Of a stretch of DNA of 64,000 nucleotides, positions 27,466 to 37,797 are shown piece after piece (the stretch's first letter is position 1; each line of letters starts with the position of its first letter). Both the position numbers and the translations under genes were made by a program. The notes beneath the pieces were generated by a model. That model was not told the origin of the DNA. It ran no database searches and saw only the letters and a program-made list of their open reading frames with translations. Source of the DNA: Candidatus Foliamicus sp. (GTDB lineage Bacteria > Pseudomonadota > Gammaproteobacteria > Steroidobacterales > Foliamicaceae). The DNA lies in NCBI GenBank assembly GCA_965238055.1, contig OZ250178.1:2841184-2905183 (forward strand), given 5' to 3'.

Positions 27466-29463
27466 ATGCGTAATTTCGACGGTCTCTATAAGTTTCCCTT
27501 AAGACATTTCATTGTTTCGATTACCGCAGGCGTTCTTCTGGCAGCCTGCGGAGGTTCCGGGGATGGTCCACCTCCCAGCCTTAGTGTTTCAGCAACCAGC
27601 ATTGACGCGGACGTGGGAGGCGAGAACGTTTCGGTAGACGTGTCCAACAGCGGCGGCGGGTCGCTGAGCTGGACGGCATCGATTCCCTCAAGCGTGAGCT
27701 GGGCGCGCATCTCCAGCGGCTCCAGCGGCGCCGACACCGGAACCGTACAGATCGAAGTGGACGCCAATACCGGCGCGGCCCGCGAATTTGATCTCACCGT
27801 GTCAGCAAGTGGCGCCACTTCGCGCACCGTCACCATCAGTCAGGCGGAGGCGCCGCCCGTTCTTGGCGTTACGGCACAGACCACGGAGTTAAGCGGAGAT
27901 GGCGGAAGCGTCAGCGTTGATGTCGCGAACACCGGCCGCGGCATGATGGAATGGACGGCTTCCTTGCCGGAAGATGTTGAATGGGCCTATATCGAAAGCG
28001 GTGAGACCGGGACCAACGCGGGCGAAGTGGTGGTGCGGTATTCCATAAACGGTGGCGCGGACCGGGAACTGGAAGTAACGGTAAGCGCCTCAGCGGCAAC
28101 GAATTCGCCACAAGCGGTGGCGCTTAGTCAGCCTTGGGTGGCAGCCGCTAACTGTACCTTCCCCCAAGGCCGAGCCGAAGCTCTGAATCTCATGCGTGAC
28201 GTTTACTACTTTAACGACGAGACCGAGCAGCAGGACAAGTACCAAGATATTGATCCTACAGACTACGGCAGCCTGACGGAGATGCTGGACTACCTGCAAT
28301 TTATGCCGGAAACCAGGGACCGTGGCTTTACTTACTGGCTCACCGAGGAGCAGTTTCGAATGGTCTTCGACGCACAAGCTTTTGTGTTTGGTTTTCGCCT
28401 GATTTTCATCGTCGACCAAGCTCAGGAGCCGGTGCATTTCGAGTTGCTGGACGTGTACGAGGGATCCCCGGCAGCAGATGCCGGCTTTGAACGTGGCGAC
28501 AAGGTACTGGCGATGAACGGCAAGGACATTTCCACCTTGACGATTGACCAGATCAACGCGGAGTTCGGCCCCAACGAGGACGGTTACGAGGTTACTTTCG
28601 AGTTGGAGAAGCCCGACGGAACGCGCACGACTCCCCTCGTACGCAAACGACTTGTTGAAGTTCCGACGGTGCCGGCCGAACACGTGCAGGTCTTCGACTC
28701 GGCCATGGGCAAGGTGGGCTACCTACATTTCCGCACCTTTTTTGGTGACGCCACAGAGCGGCTGCTCGACGAATTCTCCCGCTTCAACCGCGAAGGCGCC
28801 AGGCACGTCATTATCGATCTGCGCTACAACGGCGGCGGAAGCGTGCCTATCGCGCATGCCCTGGCTACGCTGGCCGGCGGTCCGGAATTGTTCGGACGCG
28901 TATTGGCGGAAACGCGCCACAACAGCTTTCTGGAGGCGTTTGGCTGGAACAGGACAGCGTTCTTCGATTGCGGCGTCTTCGGCGATGACTTGAGGGCAAA
29001 GTGCGAAAATGAGGGCGCGTTAGGCGGGCTGGAAAACGTCGTCTTCATTACCAGCCGAGGGTCGGCGTCCGCCAGTGAATTGGTAATCTCCGCCCTACAG
29101 CCTTACGAGAACGTAACGCTGGTGGGCGAGCGTACCTACGGCAAACCTGTTGGCCAGTACCTGTTCCCAATGTGCAAGGATGAAGAAGAAACGCCGCTGT
29201 TGCGGCTGGTGCCCGTTTCGTTCGCCACCGCGAATTCCGAGGGTTTTGCGGGCTACTACGAGGGCATTGCGGCCGATTGTGAAGTCCCGGATGACCGGGC
29301 TCATCAATTGGGTGACGCGGAGGAGGGCCGCCTCGCAGCGGCGCTGCGGTTCATTGAGACCGGCAGTTGCGAGGCGCCGGCGTCTGCACGGGCGGCGAGA
29401 GCGCAAGAGTCGATCCAGGTCATACCGCCACAGGACCCGATCAAGCAATTCGTCGGATACTAG
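27466..29463 (+). CDS. S41-family (C-terminal processing type) peptidase lipoprotein with two N-terminal BACON-like repeats and a PDZ domain
   Basis: Lipobox LLAACGG. Two ~90-aa repeats (GENVSVDVSNSGGGSLSWTASIP... / GGSVSVDVANTGRGMMEWTASLP...). PDZ (VYEGSPAADAGFERGDKVLAMNGKDI). S41 core (IIDLRYNGGGSV, TSRGSASASELVISAL, GERTYGKP). Confidence 0.85.
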   Translation: MRNFDGLYKFPLRHFIVSITAGVLLAACGGSGDGPPPSLSVSATSIDADVGGENVSVDVSNSGGGSLSWTASIPSSVSWARISSGSSGADTGTVQIEVDANTGAAREFDLTVSASGATSRTVTISQAEAPPVLGVTAQTTELSGDGGSVSVDVANTGRGMMEWTASLPEDVEWAYIESGETGTNAGEVVVRYSINGGADRELEVTVSASAATNSPQAVALSQPWVAAANCTFPQGRAEALNLMRDVYYFNDETEQQDKYQDIDPTDYGSLTEMLDYLQFMPETRDRGFTYWLTEEQFRMVFDAQAFVFGFRLIFIVDQAQEPVHFELLDVYEGSPAADAGFERGDKVLAMNGKDISTLTIDQINAEFGPNEDGYEVTFELEKPDGTRTTPLVRKRLVEVPTVPAEHVQVFDSAMGKVGYLHFRTFFGDATERLLDEFSRFNREGARHVIIDLRYNGGGSVPIAHALATLAGGPELFGRVLAETRHNSFLEAFGWNRTAFFDCGVFGDDLRAKCENEGALGGLENVVFITSRGSASASELVISALQPYENVTLVGERTYGKPVGQYLFPMCKDEEETPLLRLVPVSFATANSEGFAGYYEGIAADCEVPDDRAHQLGDAEEGRLAAALRFIETGSCEAPASARAARAQESIQVIPPQDPIKQFVGY

Positions 29464-29473
29464 CGACCAACCC

Positions 29474-29554
29474 CTGGGAGAGAGGGCGTCCCTCCTGGGA
29501 ACGAGGGCGTCTCGCCCTCGACACGCTCCGAGGGCGGGACGCCCTCTCTCCCAG
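29474..29554. repeat. REP-like composite palindrome between convergent genes
   Basis: A perfect 19-bp inverted repeat, CTGGGAGAGAGGGCGTCCC (29474-29492) / GGGACGCCCTCTCTCCCAG (29536-29554), encloses a further unit CTGGGAACGAGGGCGTCTCGCCCTCGAC (29495-29522). Confidence 0.85.
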
Positions 29555-29555
29555 A

Positions 29556-30986
29556 TTAGGCGGCGCGGGCCTGTAGTTGCGCGGCGGTCTGTTCGCCGAT
29601 CAGGCGGCCGAAGCTCATGGCCGGCATCAGCGACATGCCGCCCACGAATGCCGCGCCGGACAGGCGCGTAAATCCCAGAATTTCGCCGGCGGCGTACAAC
29701 CCGCTGATCGGCTTTTCCGATTCATCCAGCACTTGCAGGTTGCCGTTCACCTTGATTCCGCCCGGGCTGATCACGGTGATGCCGATGGCCTCGATTCCGT
29801 AGAAAGGCGGTTTCTCAACACGTCGCGGCAGGAACAGGCGTTCGAAATCGGGATCATCGCGGTTATCCACGGCCTCGTTGTAGCGCTTTACGGTCGCTGC
29901 GAGATTGTCCGGCGGAATGTCGAACCGGCCTGCCAGTTCTTCAATCGTATTCGCGCTCTGAAACGCGGGGTGGGTATTGAAATCCGGCGTCAGATCGCGT
30001 CCCTGTTTATCCAGTACCGTCATCGTTGGCGCGTTCTGGCGAATGGAGTCGTCATACACCATCACCATGCGCATGCCCGGCTGCTCCAACAGCGACGATT
30101 CGCTGTAGTGAATACTCGGATGGTCCTCGCGTAGAAAACGCTTGCCCTGGCCATCCACGTAGATTTCCCAGGGCGCCCGGTAGGCGGGCGCCAGGCTGAA
30201 GAACCAGGCGCTCAAGGGATTGCCGGGCTCAAGCAGAAAACCGGCAAAGGTGCACAGGAAGCGGTCTGTCTGATCCACCATGGCCCCGATGTCCCTGGCT
30301 GCAATGATTCCTTCGCCGCGGGAGTAGGGGTTGCAATGGGAATGCAGGGGCCAGGGGGTGACCTCGTTCCAGAGATCGGGATTGGCGGCGTAACCTCCGG
30401 TAGTCAGCGCGACTTTGGGCGCCCGGAACTCGAGGCTCTCGCCGGCGCACTCGGCGCGAATACCGATTACGCCTCCGGAAGAAGAGGTAATCAGGCCCGT
30501 CATCCGGGTCTGCAGCCTGAGATCAATAGCGCCGGATGCCACCAGTTCCCGGTGTCGCGGCTCGATTGCCTTGAGAACCGATATGCCCTGTTCATTGCCC
30601 CAGGTGTAGCGGCGCGTGCGAAAGGGCTCATGCACCATGCCCACCATCGGGGTTTCCGGCGCCATCTCCAGCCCCAGGTCCTGGAGCCAGTGAAGGGTCT
30701 CGGCGGCGTGCTCTGTCGCCAGGCGGCCGAGCACCGGATCGATTCCGCCGTGGGCAATACGCTGGGCGTCCTGATAGTGCTCCTCGGCGCTGTCTTCGAT
30801 GCCCAGGGCGGCTTGCTGGCGGGTCCCCGCGGCGCTCATCTGGCCGGATGACCAGTAGAGCGTGCCCCCTACGCGGCTGTCGGCATCAATCTGCAACACC
30901 CGGGCGCCGCCTTGCGCGGCGAAAATCGCTGCCGGGAGGCCGGCTGAACCGGCCCCCACCACAATCAGGTCGAATCCCTGGCTCAT
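29556..30986 (-). CDS. FAD-dependent oxidoreductase (fumarate reductase/KstD-like flavoprotein family)
   Basis: N-terminal [29 protein letters not shown] dinucleotide fold; C-terminal ...[14 protein letters not shown] overlap with the upstream SPFH gene. Confidence 0.85.
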   Translation of the reverse strand: MSQGFDLIVVGAGSAGLPAAIFAAQGGARVLQIDADSRVGGTLYWSSGQMSAAGTRQQAALGIEDSAEEHYQDAQRIAHGGIDPVLGRLATEHAAETLHWLQDLGLEMAPETPMVGMVHEPFRTRRYTWGNEQGISVLKAIEPRHRELVASGAIDLRLQTRMTGLITSSSGGVIGIRAECAGESLEFRAPKVALTTGGYAANPDLWNEVTPWPLHSHCNPYSRGEGIIAARDIGAMVDQTDRFLCTFAGFLLEPGNPLSAWFFSLAPAYRAPWEIYVDGQGKRFLREDHPSIHYSESSLLEQPGMRMVMVYDDSIRQNAPTMTVLDKQGRDLTPDFNTHPAFQSANTIEELAGRFDIPPDNLAATVKRYNEAVDNRDDPDFERLFLPRRVEKPPFYGIEAIGITVISPGGIKVNGNLQVLDESEKPISGLYAAGEILGFTRLSGAAFVGGMSLMPAMSFGRLIGEQTAAQLQARAA

Positions 30987-31735
30987 TTATCGTCGTCGGC
31001 GAGCTTCAGCAAAGGCTTAATGAGATCGATGGGCAGCGGGAAGACTATGGTGGAGGTGCCCTCGTTAGCCACTTCGGTAAGCGTTTGCAGGTAACGCAAC
31101 TGCAAGGCCTGTCCCTGTTCAGCCAGTTTGGACGCGGCTTCGGCCAATTTCCCGGCGGCCTGACTCTCACCTTCGGCGTGAATGACCTTGGCGCGCCGCG
31201 CGCGCTCGGCTTCGGCCTGGGCCGCGATTGCCCGAATCATGCTCTCGTCGAGATCCACATGCTTGATCTCCACGTTCGACACCTTGATACCCCATGCGTC
31301 GGTATGCTGGTCGAGGATCAGCTGGATGTCCTGGTTCAGCTTGTCACGCTCGGAAAGCATCTCATCGAGTTCATGCTGGCCCAGCACCGACCTGAGGGTG
31401 GTTTGCGCGAGCTGGCTGGTGGCCTCGAACACGTTCGCCACCTGAATGATCGCCCGCTCCGGGTCCACGATGCGGAAATACACCACGGCGTTGACCTTTA
31501 CCGATACGTTATCGCGTGAGATCACGTCCTGGGTGGGAACGTCCATGACGATCACACGCAGATCAACCCGCACCATCCGTTGAACGATGGGGATCACGAT
31601 GATCAGGCCGGGGCCCTTGACCTTCCAGAACCGTCCCAGCAGGAATATCACGCCTCGCTCGTACTCCGAGAGAATTCGCACCGAGGCGATGATCAGCACG
31701 AGCACGATTACGGATGCAACAATAATTGTTAACAT
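30983..31735 (-). CDS. SPFH/band-7 (stomatin-like) membrane protein
   Basis: N-terminal TM helix, then ...[28 protein letters not shown].. and the Ala/Glu-rich coiled C-terminal part. Follows an NfeD gene, the classical pairing. Confidence 0.92.
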   Translation of the reverse strand: MLTIIVASVIVLVLIIASVRILSEYERGVIFLLGRFWKVKGPGLIIVIPIVQRMVRVDLRVIVMDVPTQDVISRDNVSVKVNAVVYFRIVDPERAIIQVANVFEATSQLAQTTLRSVLGQHELDEMLSERDKLNQDIQLILDQHTDAWGIKVSNVEIKHVDLDESMIRAIAAQAEAERARRAKVIHAEGESQAAGKLAEAASKLAEQGQALQLRYLQTLTEVANEGTSTIVFPLPIDLIKPLLKLADDDK

Positions 31736-31745
31736 AATTAACCTC

Positions 31746-33341
31746 TTATCTTAGTTTCTTCAATAATGTCATTAAGTTTAAACGGGCCGGTTCGGCAGGC
31801 GGTGAATCGCCTACTTCCAGCTTGAGGCCCTCTACCGTGTGAACGTAGAGTTCCTGGCCTTTCTTCGCCGGCGAGGGGCTCTTTGCATGCCAGCGTTCGC
31901 CCTGCACCAGCACGGGGCCGGCTTCCTCAAAGTCCTCCAGCACGACGGCCCTCAGGCCGACAATGCCTTCCAGGCCACTCACCACCGGTCGGCGCCGGCT
32001 CTTGGCCAGCACGACCACCAGTCCCAGCATCAGCAGGCCGGCCGCGAGACCCACGCCTCCGATCAGCCTAAGCGGCGCCTCGAAGCCGGGAATGCCGGTG
32101 TTAAACAAAATGATTGAGCCCACAACGAAAGCCGCAACTCCTCCCAGTCCCAATACTCCAAAACTCGGCGTCAAGGCTTCTGCAATGATGAGGCCCACCC
32201 CCAGGAGCATTAGCGCCAGCCCGGCGTAGTTTACCGGCAGCAGGTTCAAAGCGTAAGCGCCCAGCAAAAGGCAAATGACTCCCACGATTCCAGGTACGAG
32301 GGAACCGGGGTTATATCCTTCCAGGAGAAGCCCATACATGCCGACCAGAAGTAGTCCGTAGGCTACGACCGGATTGGTGAGAATCGACAGGAACCTGGTT
32401 CTCCATCCGGGCTCAATCCGTTCTATCTGCAGCCCGGCTGTTTGCAATACAACCGTTTCGCCGTCGACATCAACTTCCCTGCCGTCTGCCTTCTCCAGCA
32501 GGTCCGCGACGTCCGAAGCGATGAAGTCGGCCACGTTCATTTCCACGGCCTCGGTGGCCTCCAGCGTGACGCCTTCGCGCACCGCTTTCTCGGCCCAATC
32601 CGCATTGCGGCCTCTCAGGATGGCAAACGACCGTATTTTTGCTACCGCGTCGTTTACGACTTTGCGCTTCATCGCTTCGGCATCCAGCTCTTCGGCGGTC
32701 TTGCCCGGCGAGTCTTCCGAATCTTCTGCGGACCCGTCGCTTTCGCCGGATTCGCCGGATTCGTCTTCATCCGAGGCCGGATCGTCATTGTCTTCGCCCG
32801 CGTCCTCGCTGTCGCCGGACGATGATTCACCTTCAGCAGCAGCGTCCGAATCGTCGAGCCGGAGCAAGTTGACCGGGACCGGCACGCCGCCTGCCTGTCC
32901 CAGGCTTACCGGCGTGGCTGCGCCTAGAGTCGTCGTTCGCGACATGGCTGCAACGTGGCTTGCGTACAGGATGAACGTGCCGGCACTGGCGGCCCTCGCT
33001 CCGTTCGGCGTCACATAAACCGCAACTGGTACGTCGGAAGCCAGCATCTCCTCTATCATGTCGTCCATGGCCGTCATCAGGCCGCCCGGAGTGTTGAGTT
33101 CGAGCACCAGGATGTTTGCCTTGCGCTCCTGCGCAATCTCAAGGCTGTCGATAAAAAACTCGGCGGTCGCCACGCCGATTGCATCGTCGATGGTGATGAC
33201 CAGCGCAACGGCGGAATTCTCGTCTTCGCCGGCCTCTTCCGGCGCCTCCTCGGCCGGTCCGGCACGCCACAGGAAGGCGCCGATCAGGACTAGCAGGGCG
33301 GACCGAAAAAGGTACTTGCGGGCGTTGAAAAATGCTTGCAT
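31746..33341 (-). CDS. NfeD-family membrane-bound ClpP-class serine protease (long form)
   Basis: ATG at 33341 gives [25 protein letters not shown]. ClpP-like region (LNTPGGLM...ASAGTFI), multi-TM block and a C-terminal OB-like tail ([12 protein letters not shown]). Carries an unusual acidic insert. Confidence 0.85.
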   Translation of the reverse strand: MQAFFNARKYLFRSALLVLIGAFLWRAGPAEEAPEEAGEDENSAVALVITIDDAIGVATAEFFIDSLEIAQERKANILVLELNTPGGLMTAMDDMIEEMLASDVPVAVYVTPNGARAASAGTFILYASHVAAMSRTTTLGAATPVSLGQAGGVPVPVNLLRLDDSDAAAEGESSSGDSEDAGEDNDDPASDEDESGESGESDGSAEDSEDSPGKTAEELDAEAMKRKVVNDAVAKIRSFAILRGRNADWAEKAVREGVTLEATEAVEMNVADFIASDVADLLEKADGREVDVDGETVVLQTAGLQIERIEPGWRTRFLSILTNPVVAYGLLLVGMYGLLLEGYNPGSLVPGIVGVICLLLGAYALNLLPVNYAGLALMLLGVGLIIAEALTPSFGVLGLGGVAAFVVGSIILFNTGIPGFEAPLRLIGGVGLAAGLLMLGLVVVLAKSRRRPVVSGLEGIVGLRAVVLEDFEEAGPVLVQGERWHAKSPSPAKKGQELYVHTVEGLKLEVGDSPPAEPARLNLMTLLKKLR

Positions 33342-33423
33342 AAAGGGCGTAGCATCATAGCACGCACGCGGGTTGCCGTTAGAATTCGCAGTTCGTCGGG
33401 CGATTTGCCTGGGGAGCGGAACC

Positions 33424-34314
33424 ATGAAACGTTTACTGACCATTGCTGGAATGATTTTCGCGCTGTCAGCCGGCGCTCAGCAGGACATGGACAACGTGAC
33501 CATCAGCTCGGTTCCGGTCGCCGATGGCTTGTACATGCTCGTGGGTGCGGGCGGCAACATCGGCCTGTTTGCGGGTGAGGACGGCGTATTCATGATCGAC
33601 GACCAGTTCGCTGATCTGTCACCCAGGATCACGGCGGCCGTGGAAGAGCTCGCCGGCAGGCCGGTGGACGTGCTCTTCAACACCCACTGGCACTTCGACC
33701 ATACCGGCGGCAACGAGAACTTCGGCAAGGCCGGGGCGATGATCTTCGCCCACGACAACGTGCGGGTACTGATGAGCGAACCGCAGACGCTTGCGAGATT
33801 CGGCGCAGAGCTGCCGGCCGCGCCCAAGGTGGCGTTGCCGGTGGTCACCTTCGGCGAGATCATGCAGTTCCATCTCAATGGCGATACCGTGCGGGCGGTG
33901 CATGTGCCAAACGCGCACACGGACGGGGACGTGATTCTCTACTTCGAGAATGCCAACGCCGTGCATACCGGCGACGTGTACATCACGCTCGGTTATCCGT
34001 TCATCGATGCACAGCACGGTGGTCATATCGATGGTCTGATCAACGGCGTCGGGCAGGTGCTGGAATGGTCCGACGAGGAAACCAAGATCATGCCCGGTCA
34101 CGGCACATTGTCGAACCGCGAGGAAATCAGGGAATTCCACGACATGCTGGTCGAATGCCGGGGCAGGGTGCAGGCCCTGCTGGATGAGGGCAAGACAGCC
34201 GGCGAAATTGTCGCTTCCAGCCCTTTGGCGGACCTGGATGCGCGCTGGAGTAGCGGGTTCATTGACGGAGAAGAGTTCACGCGGGCGATACTCTCGGGTC
34301 TGACAGGATTGTGA
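33424..34314 (+). CDS. MBL-fold metallo-hydrolase, secreted
   Basis: ATG at 33424 gives the signal MKRLLTIAGMIFALSAGAQQ. HWHFDHTGG metal motif, then later ...HTDGD... and ...PGHG. Confidence 0.85.
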   Translation: MKRLLTIAGMIFALSAGAQQDMDNVTISSVPVADGLYMLVGAGGNIGLFAGEDGVFMIDDQFADLSPRITAAVEELAGRPVDVLFNTHWHFDHTGGNENFGKAGAMIFAHDNVRVLMSEPQTLARFGAELPAAPKVALPVVTFGEIMQFHLNGDTVRAVHVPNAHTDGDVILYFENANAVHTGDVYITLGYPFIDAQHGGHIDGLINGVGQVLEWSDEETKIMPGHGTLSNREEIREFHDMLVECRGRVQALLDEGKTAGEIVASSPLADLDARWSSGFIDGEEFTRAILSGLTGL

Positions 34315-35681
34315 CTGCAATCTTCACATTGAAGGAATCGCCGGCGCCGGACCACTGGAGTCCGGACAGTTGGTGCGATCGCGAGACCGCGCAACAGCCC
34401 GAGTACCGGGATACGGCGGCGCTGGATGCTGCGCTCAAGGAGCTCGGCGCATTGCCGCCGATCGTGACCAGCTGGGAGGTGGAATCGCTGCGCGAGTCCA
34501 TCGCACTGGCGCAACGCGGCGAAGGCTTCGTATTGCAGGGAGGTGACTGCGCCGAGACCTTCCAGGAATGCACCTCCGACATCATCGTGGCCCGGCTGAA
34601 GGTGTTGCTTCAGATGAGCCTTGTACTCAGCTACGGGTTGCGCAAGCCCATTGTCCGGATCGGACGCATGGCCGGACAATATGCAAAACCACGGTCGGCG
34701 CCGCTTGAGTCCCGGGAGGAAGTCTCGCTGCCCAGTTTCCGCGGCGACCTCGTCAACAAGGAATCATTCACCTCCCCGGACCGCGAGCCGGACCCGAACT
34801 TGTTGTTGCGGGGTTATGAGCGCGCGGCCCTGACGCTCAATTTCATCCGCTCGCTGGTGGACGGCGGTTTTGCCGATCTGCACCACCCGGAGAACTGGAA
34901 TCTCGATTGGGTGAATCATTCGCCGCAGGCGCAGGCCTACGAGTCGATCGTGGACCGGATTACACGGTCGCTGGATTTCATTGAGCATTCCACCGGAAGC
35001 GACATCAGCCGCCTGCGCCGGACCGATTTCTACACGTCGCATGAAGGACTGCTGTTGCACTATGAGCAGGCGCAGACCCGCCATCTTGAACACCGTGGAC
35101 TCTGGTACAACCTGACCACTCACTTCCCCTGGATCGGGATGCGCACGGCGCAGCTGGATGGCGGACACGTCGAGTTCTTCCGCGGCGTCGCCAATCCAAT
35201 GGGGATCAAGATCGGTCCAGGCATGACACCGGAGTGGCTGCTGGAACTGCTCAAGGTCCTGAATCCCGACAACCAGCCGGGACGCATTACGCTGATTCAC
35301 CGCATGGGCGCAGGACGAGTCAGCGAGGTGCTCCCGCCGCTGATTGAGGCGGTCCAGCAGGCAGGGTCGCTGGTGTTGTGGATGTGCGACCCGATGCACG
35401 GCAACACTGAAACGGCCGCTAACGGACGCAAGACGCGCAGGCTGGACAAGATCGAAGAGGAACTCAGCCAGGCCTTTGAGGCCCATGCCAAGGCCGGTAC
35501 CTGGCTGGGTGGGGCCCATCTTGAGCTGACCGGTGAAAATGTGACCGAATGCGTAGGCGGCGCCCGGGGCTTGAACGAAGCGGACCTCGACCGCAGTTAC
35601 CGGACCCAGGTTGACCCGCGCTTGAATTATGAGCAGGCCATGGAACTGGCCATGCTGATTTCCCAGCAGGGGACAGCTTAG
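34311..35681 (+). CDS. class II 3-deoxy-7-phosphoheptulonate (DAHP) synthase
   Basis: ~455 aa with WSPDSW...QQPEY..., FVLQGGDCAETF, GRMAGQYAKPRS, and CDPMHGNT near the C-terminus, typical of plant/actinobacterial-type DAHPS. GTGA overlap with the MBL gene. Confidence 0.9.
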   Translation: MTAIFTLKESPAPDHWSPDSWCDRETAQQPEYRDTAALDAALKELGALPPIVTSWEVESLRESIALAQRGEGFVLQGGDCAETFQECTSDIIVARLKVLLQMSLVLSYGLRKPIVRIGRMAGQYAKPRSAPLESREEVSLPSFRGDLVNKESFTSPDREPDPNLLLRGYERAALTLNFIRSLVDGGFADLHHPENWNLDWVNHSPQAQAYESIVDRITRSLDFIEHSTGSDISRLRRTDFYTSHEGLLLHYEQAQTRHLEHRGLWYNLTTHFPWIGMRTAQLDGGHVEFFRGVANPMGIKIGPGMTPEWLLELLKVLNPDNQPGRITLIHRMGAGRVSEVLPPLIEAVQQAGSLVLWMCDPMHGNTETAANGRKTRRLDKIEEELSQAFEAHAKAGTWLGGAHLELTGENVTECVGGARGLNEADLDRSYRTQVDPRLNYEQAMELAMLISQQGTA

Positions 35682-35842
35682 TGTCGTGTCCCAAAAATAC
35701 CTTCGCTAATCTGCGGTCCTTTTCTCTCCCCGGCAGCGTTGCTCCTCCTTATGTGGGGCCTACCACACTGCGTCGTCGCGCCTTGCCGGGAAGAGAACAT
35801 GCCTCGCATCTTGAGCAAAGTTACTTGTGGGACACGACACTA
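35679..35842. mobile_element. MITE-like element: 15-bp perfect terminal inverted repeats bracketing the whole DAHPS-uvrC spacer
   Basis: TAGTGTCGTGTCCCA (35679-35693) and TGGGACACGACACTA (35828-35842). Can equally be read as 13-bp TIRs flanked by a TA/TA duplication. Only one copy is seen in this window. Confidence 0.35.
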
Positions 35843-35847
35843 GCGCC

Positions 35848-37674
35848 GTGAGCGCCGATCACGAACAGCACTTCGATCCGAAGCCGTTTCTCGATAGTCT
35901 GACGCAAAGTTCTGGCGTCTACCGGATGCTGGACCACAAGGGCGGCATCCTGTACGTCGGGAAGGCCAAGAACTTGAGGCGCCGGGTATCTTCCTACTTC
36001 GGCTCGCGAAGCCATCAGCCGCGGATCCAGAAGCTGATGAACCGCACCCGCAAAGTGGAAGTGACCGTCACTTCAACGGAGCAGGAAGCGCTGCTGCTGG
36101 AATGCAACCTGATCAAGCGCCACAAGCCGAGGTTCAACGTTTACCTGCGGGATGACAAGAGCTATCCGTACGTGTACGCGTCAACCCGTGAGCCTTTTCC
36201 CCGATTTGCCTTTCACCGGGGGGCACGGCGCGGGAAGGGCCGTTACCTCGGACCCTTCTCCAATGCCGGGGCGGTGCGAGCGGCGCTCAGCCAGGCACAG
36301 AAGCTGTTCCGCATACGTTTATGCGAGAACTCGTATTTCCGGCACCGGGAACGCCCTTGCCTGCAATACCAGCTGGACCGCTGCACGGCCCCCTGCGTGG
36401 GGTTGGTGAGCGAAGAGGAATACGCCGCGGATGCGTCCCAGGCCTTGTTGTTCCTGGAGGGGAAGAACGAAGCCGTGCTTGAGGACCTGCTGGCGCGCAT
36501 GGAGAAATCGGCATCGGACCTGGACTACGAGCGAGCAGCCCTGCTTCGCGACCGCGTGGCCGCCCTGCAGCGCATCCAGGCCAGTCAATCAGTGGCCGGC
36601 GCGGCTGCGCGGGACCTGGACGTGGTTGCCGTGGAAGAGAGTGGCGGCTTGTACTGCGTGGCCGTCTTGTGGATACGCCGCGGGACACTGAGCGGTAGCC
36701 GGCTGTTCTTCCCGCGTGTCATGCCTGGTGTGGAGTCCGGGGAGGTCTTGAGCGCGTTTATTGCTCAGCACTATTTCGAGCGCGGCGCCCCGCGTGAAAT
36801 CATCACCGACGGCCAAATAGGCGGATGCGAACTCCTGGAAAGCGCGTTGACCTTGCAAAGCAGTCATGCGGTGCAGGTGCGCTGGAAAGTGCGCGGATGG
36901 CGCCGCCGCTGGATTGAACTGGCGCGTCAGAATGCGGAAGCGGGCGCTCTTCAGCAGGCCGCGGGGGCCCGCGGCCTGGCCTCGCAGCTCAGGGCGCTAG
37001 CCAAAGAGCTGCGGCTCATGCGGCCGCCGGAACGCATCGAGTGCTTTGACATCAGCCATACGGGGGGCGAGTCTCCGGTCGCTTCCTGCGTGGTTTTCTC
37101 GCCGGAAGGCGCATCCCGATCCGAGTACCGCCGTTTCAACATCAAGACCGCGGCGAGCGGTGACGACTATGCGGCTATCGCCGAGGCCGTACGCCGGCGG
37201 TATGCGCGCCGGGTAAAGGAAGAGGCGCCCTTGCCGGAATTATTGCTGATTGACGGCGGTCGCGGTCAATTGAATGCTGCCCGCGCCGAACTGGAAGCGC
37301 TCGACCTGGCAAGCCTGCCGGTGGCCGCCGTAGCCAAGGGGTTCGGCCGGCGCACCGGCCGGGAGCGAATTTACCTGCCGGATTTCGCTCGTCCACTGGT
37401 TCCGGGTCATAACTCTGCGGCGCTCAAATTGATCGCGCGAATACGGGACGAGGCCCACCGTTTCGCTCTGGAGGGCCATCGACGGCGGCGACAAGGCGCG
37501 CGCAAGTCGTCGGTGCTGGATGAAGTACCCGGGCTGGGGCCGAAACGGCGCCGTCAACTGCTGCGGCATTTCGGCGGACTGCGCGGTGTTGAGTCGGCGC
37601 CCATGGAAGACTTGCGCAAGCTCCCGGGCATCGGCCCGGAACTCGCCCAGCGCATCTACGGCGCCCTCCATTAG
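35848..37674 (+). CDS. uvrC: excinuclease ABC subunit C
   Basis: GTG at 35848 gives (M)SADHEQHFDPKPFLDSLTQSSGVYRMLDHKGGILYVGKAKNLRRRVSSYF (GIY-YIG). UVR domain, Endo V-like domain and C-terminal (HhH)2 (VPGLGPKRRRQLL...LPGIGPELAQRI). Confidence 0.95.
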   Translation: MSADHEQHFDPKPFLDSLTQSSGVYRMLDHKGGILYVGKAKNLRRRVSSYFGSRSHQPRIQKLMNRTRKVEVTVTSTEQEALLLECNLIKRHKPRFNVYLRDDKSYPYVYASTREPFPRFAFHRGARRGKGRYLGPFSNAGAVRAALSQAQKLFRIRLCENSYFRHRERPCLQYQLDRCTAPCVGLVSEEEYAADASQALLFLEGKNEAVLEDLLARMEKSASDLDYERAALLRDRVAALQRIQASQSVAGAAARDLDVVAVEESGGLYCVAVLWIRRGTLSGSRLFFPRVMPGVESGEVLSAFIAQHYFERGAPREIITDGQIGGCELLESALTLQSSHAVQVRWKVRGWRRRWIELARQNAEAGALQQAAGARGLASQLRALAKELRLMRPPERIECFDISHTGGESPVASCVVFSPEGASRSEYRRFNIKTAASGDDYAAIAEAVRRRYARRVKEEAPLPELLLIDGGRGQLNAARAELEALDLASLPVAAVAKGFGRRTGRERIYLPDFARPLVPGHNSAALKLIARIRDEAHRFALEGHRRRRQGARKSSVLDEVPGLGPKRRRQLLRHFGGLRGVESAPMEDLRKLPGIGPELAQRIYGALH

Positions 37675-37677
37675 CAC

Positions 37678-37752
37678 CCTGGGAAGGAAGACGTCCCCCT
37701 GGGAACGAGGGCGTCCCGCCCTCGGCGAAGGCGAGACGCCTTCGTTCCCAGG
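37678..37752. repeat. REP-like composite palindrome after uvrC
   Basis: CCTGGGAAGGAAGACGTCCCC + CTGGGAACGAGGGCGTCCCGCCCTCGGC + inverted GAAGGCGAGACGCCTTCGTTCCCAGG. Confidence 0.8.
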
Positions 37753-37797
37753 TGTTGCGCGCGAGCATGATGCAAAGGGATTCGCTATAGTTGCGGC

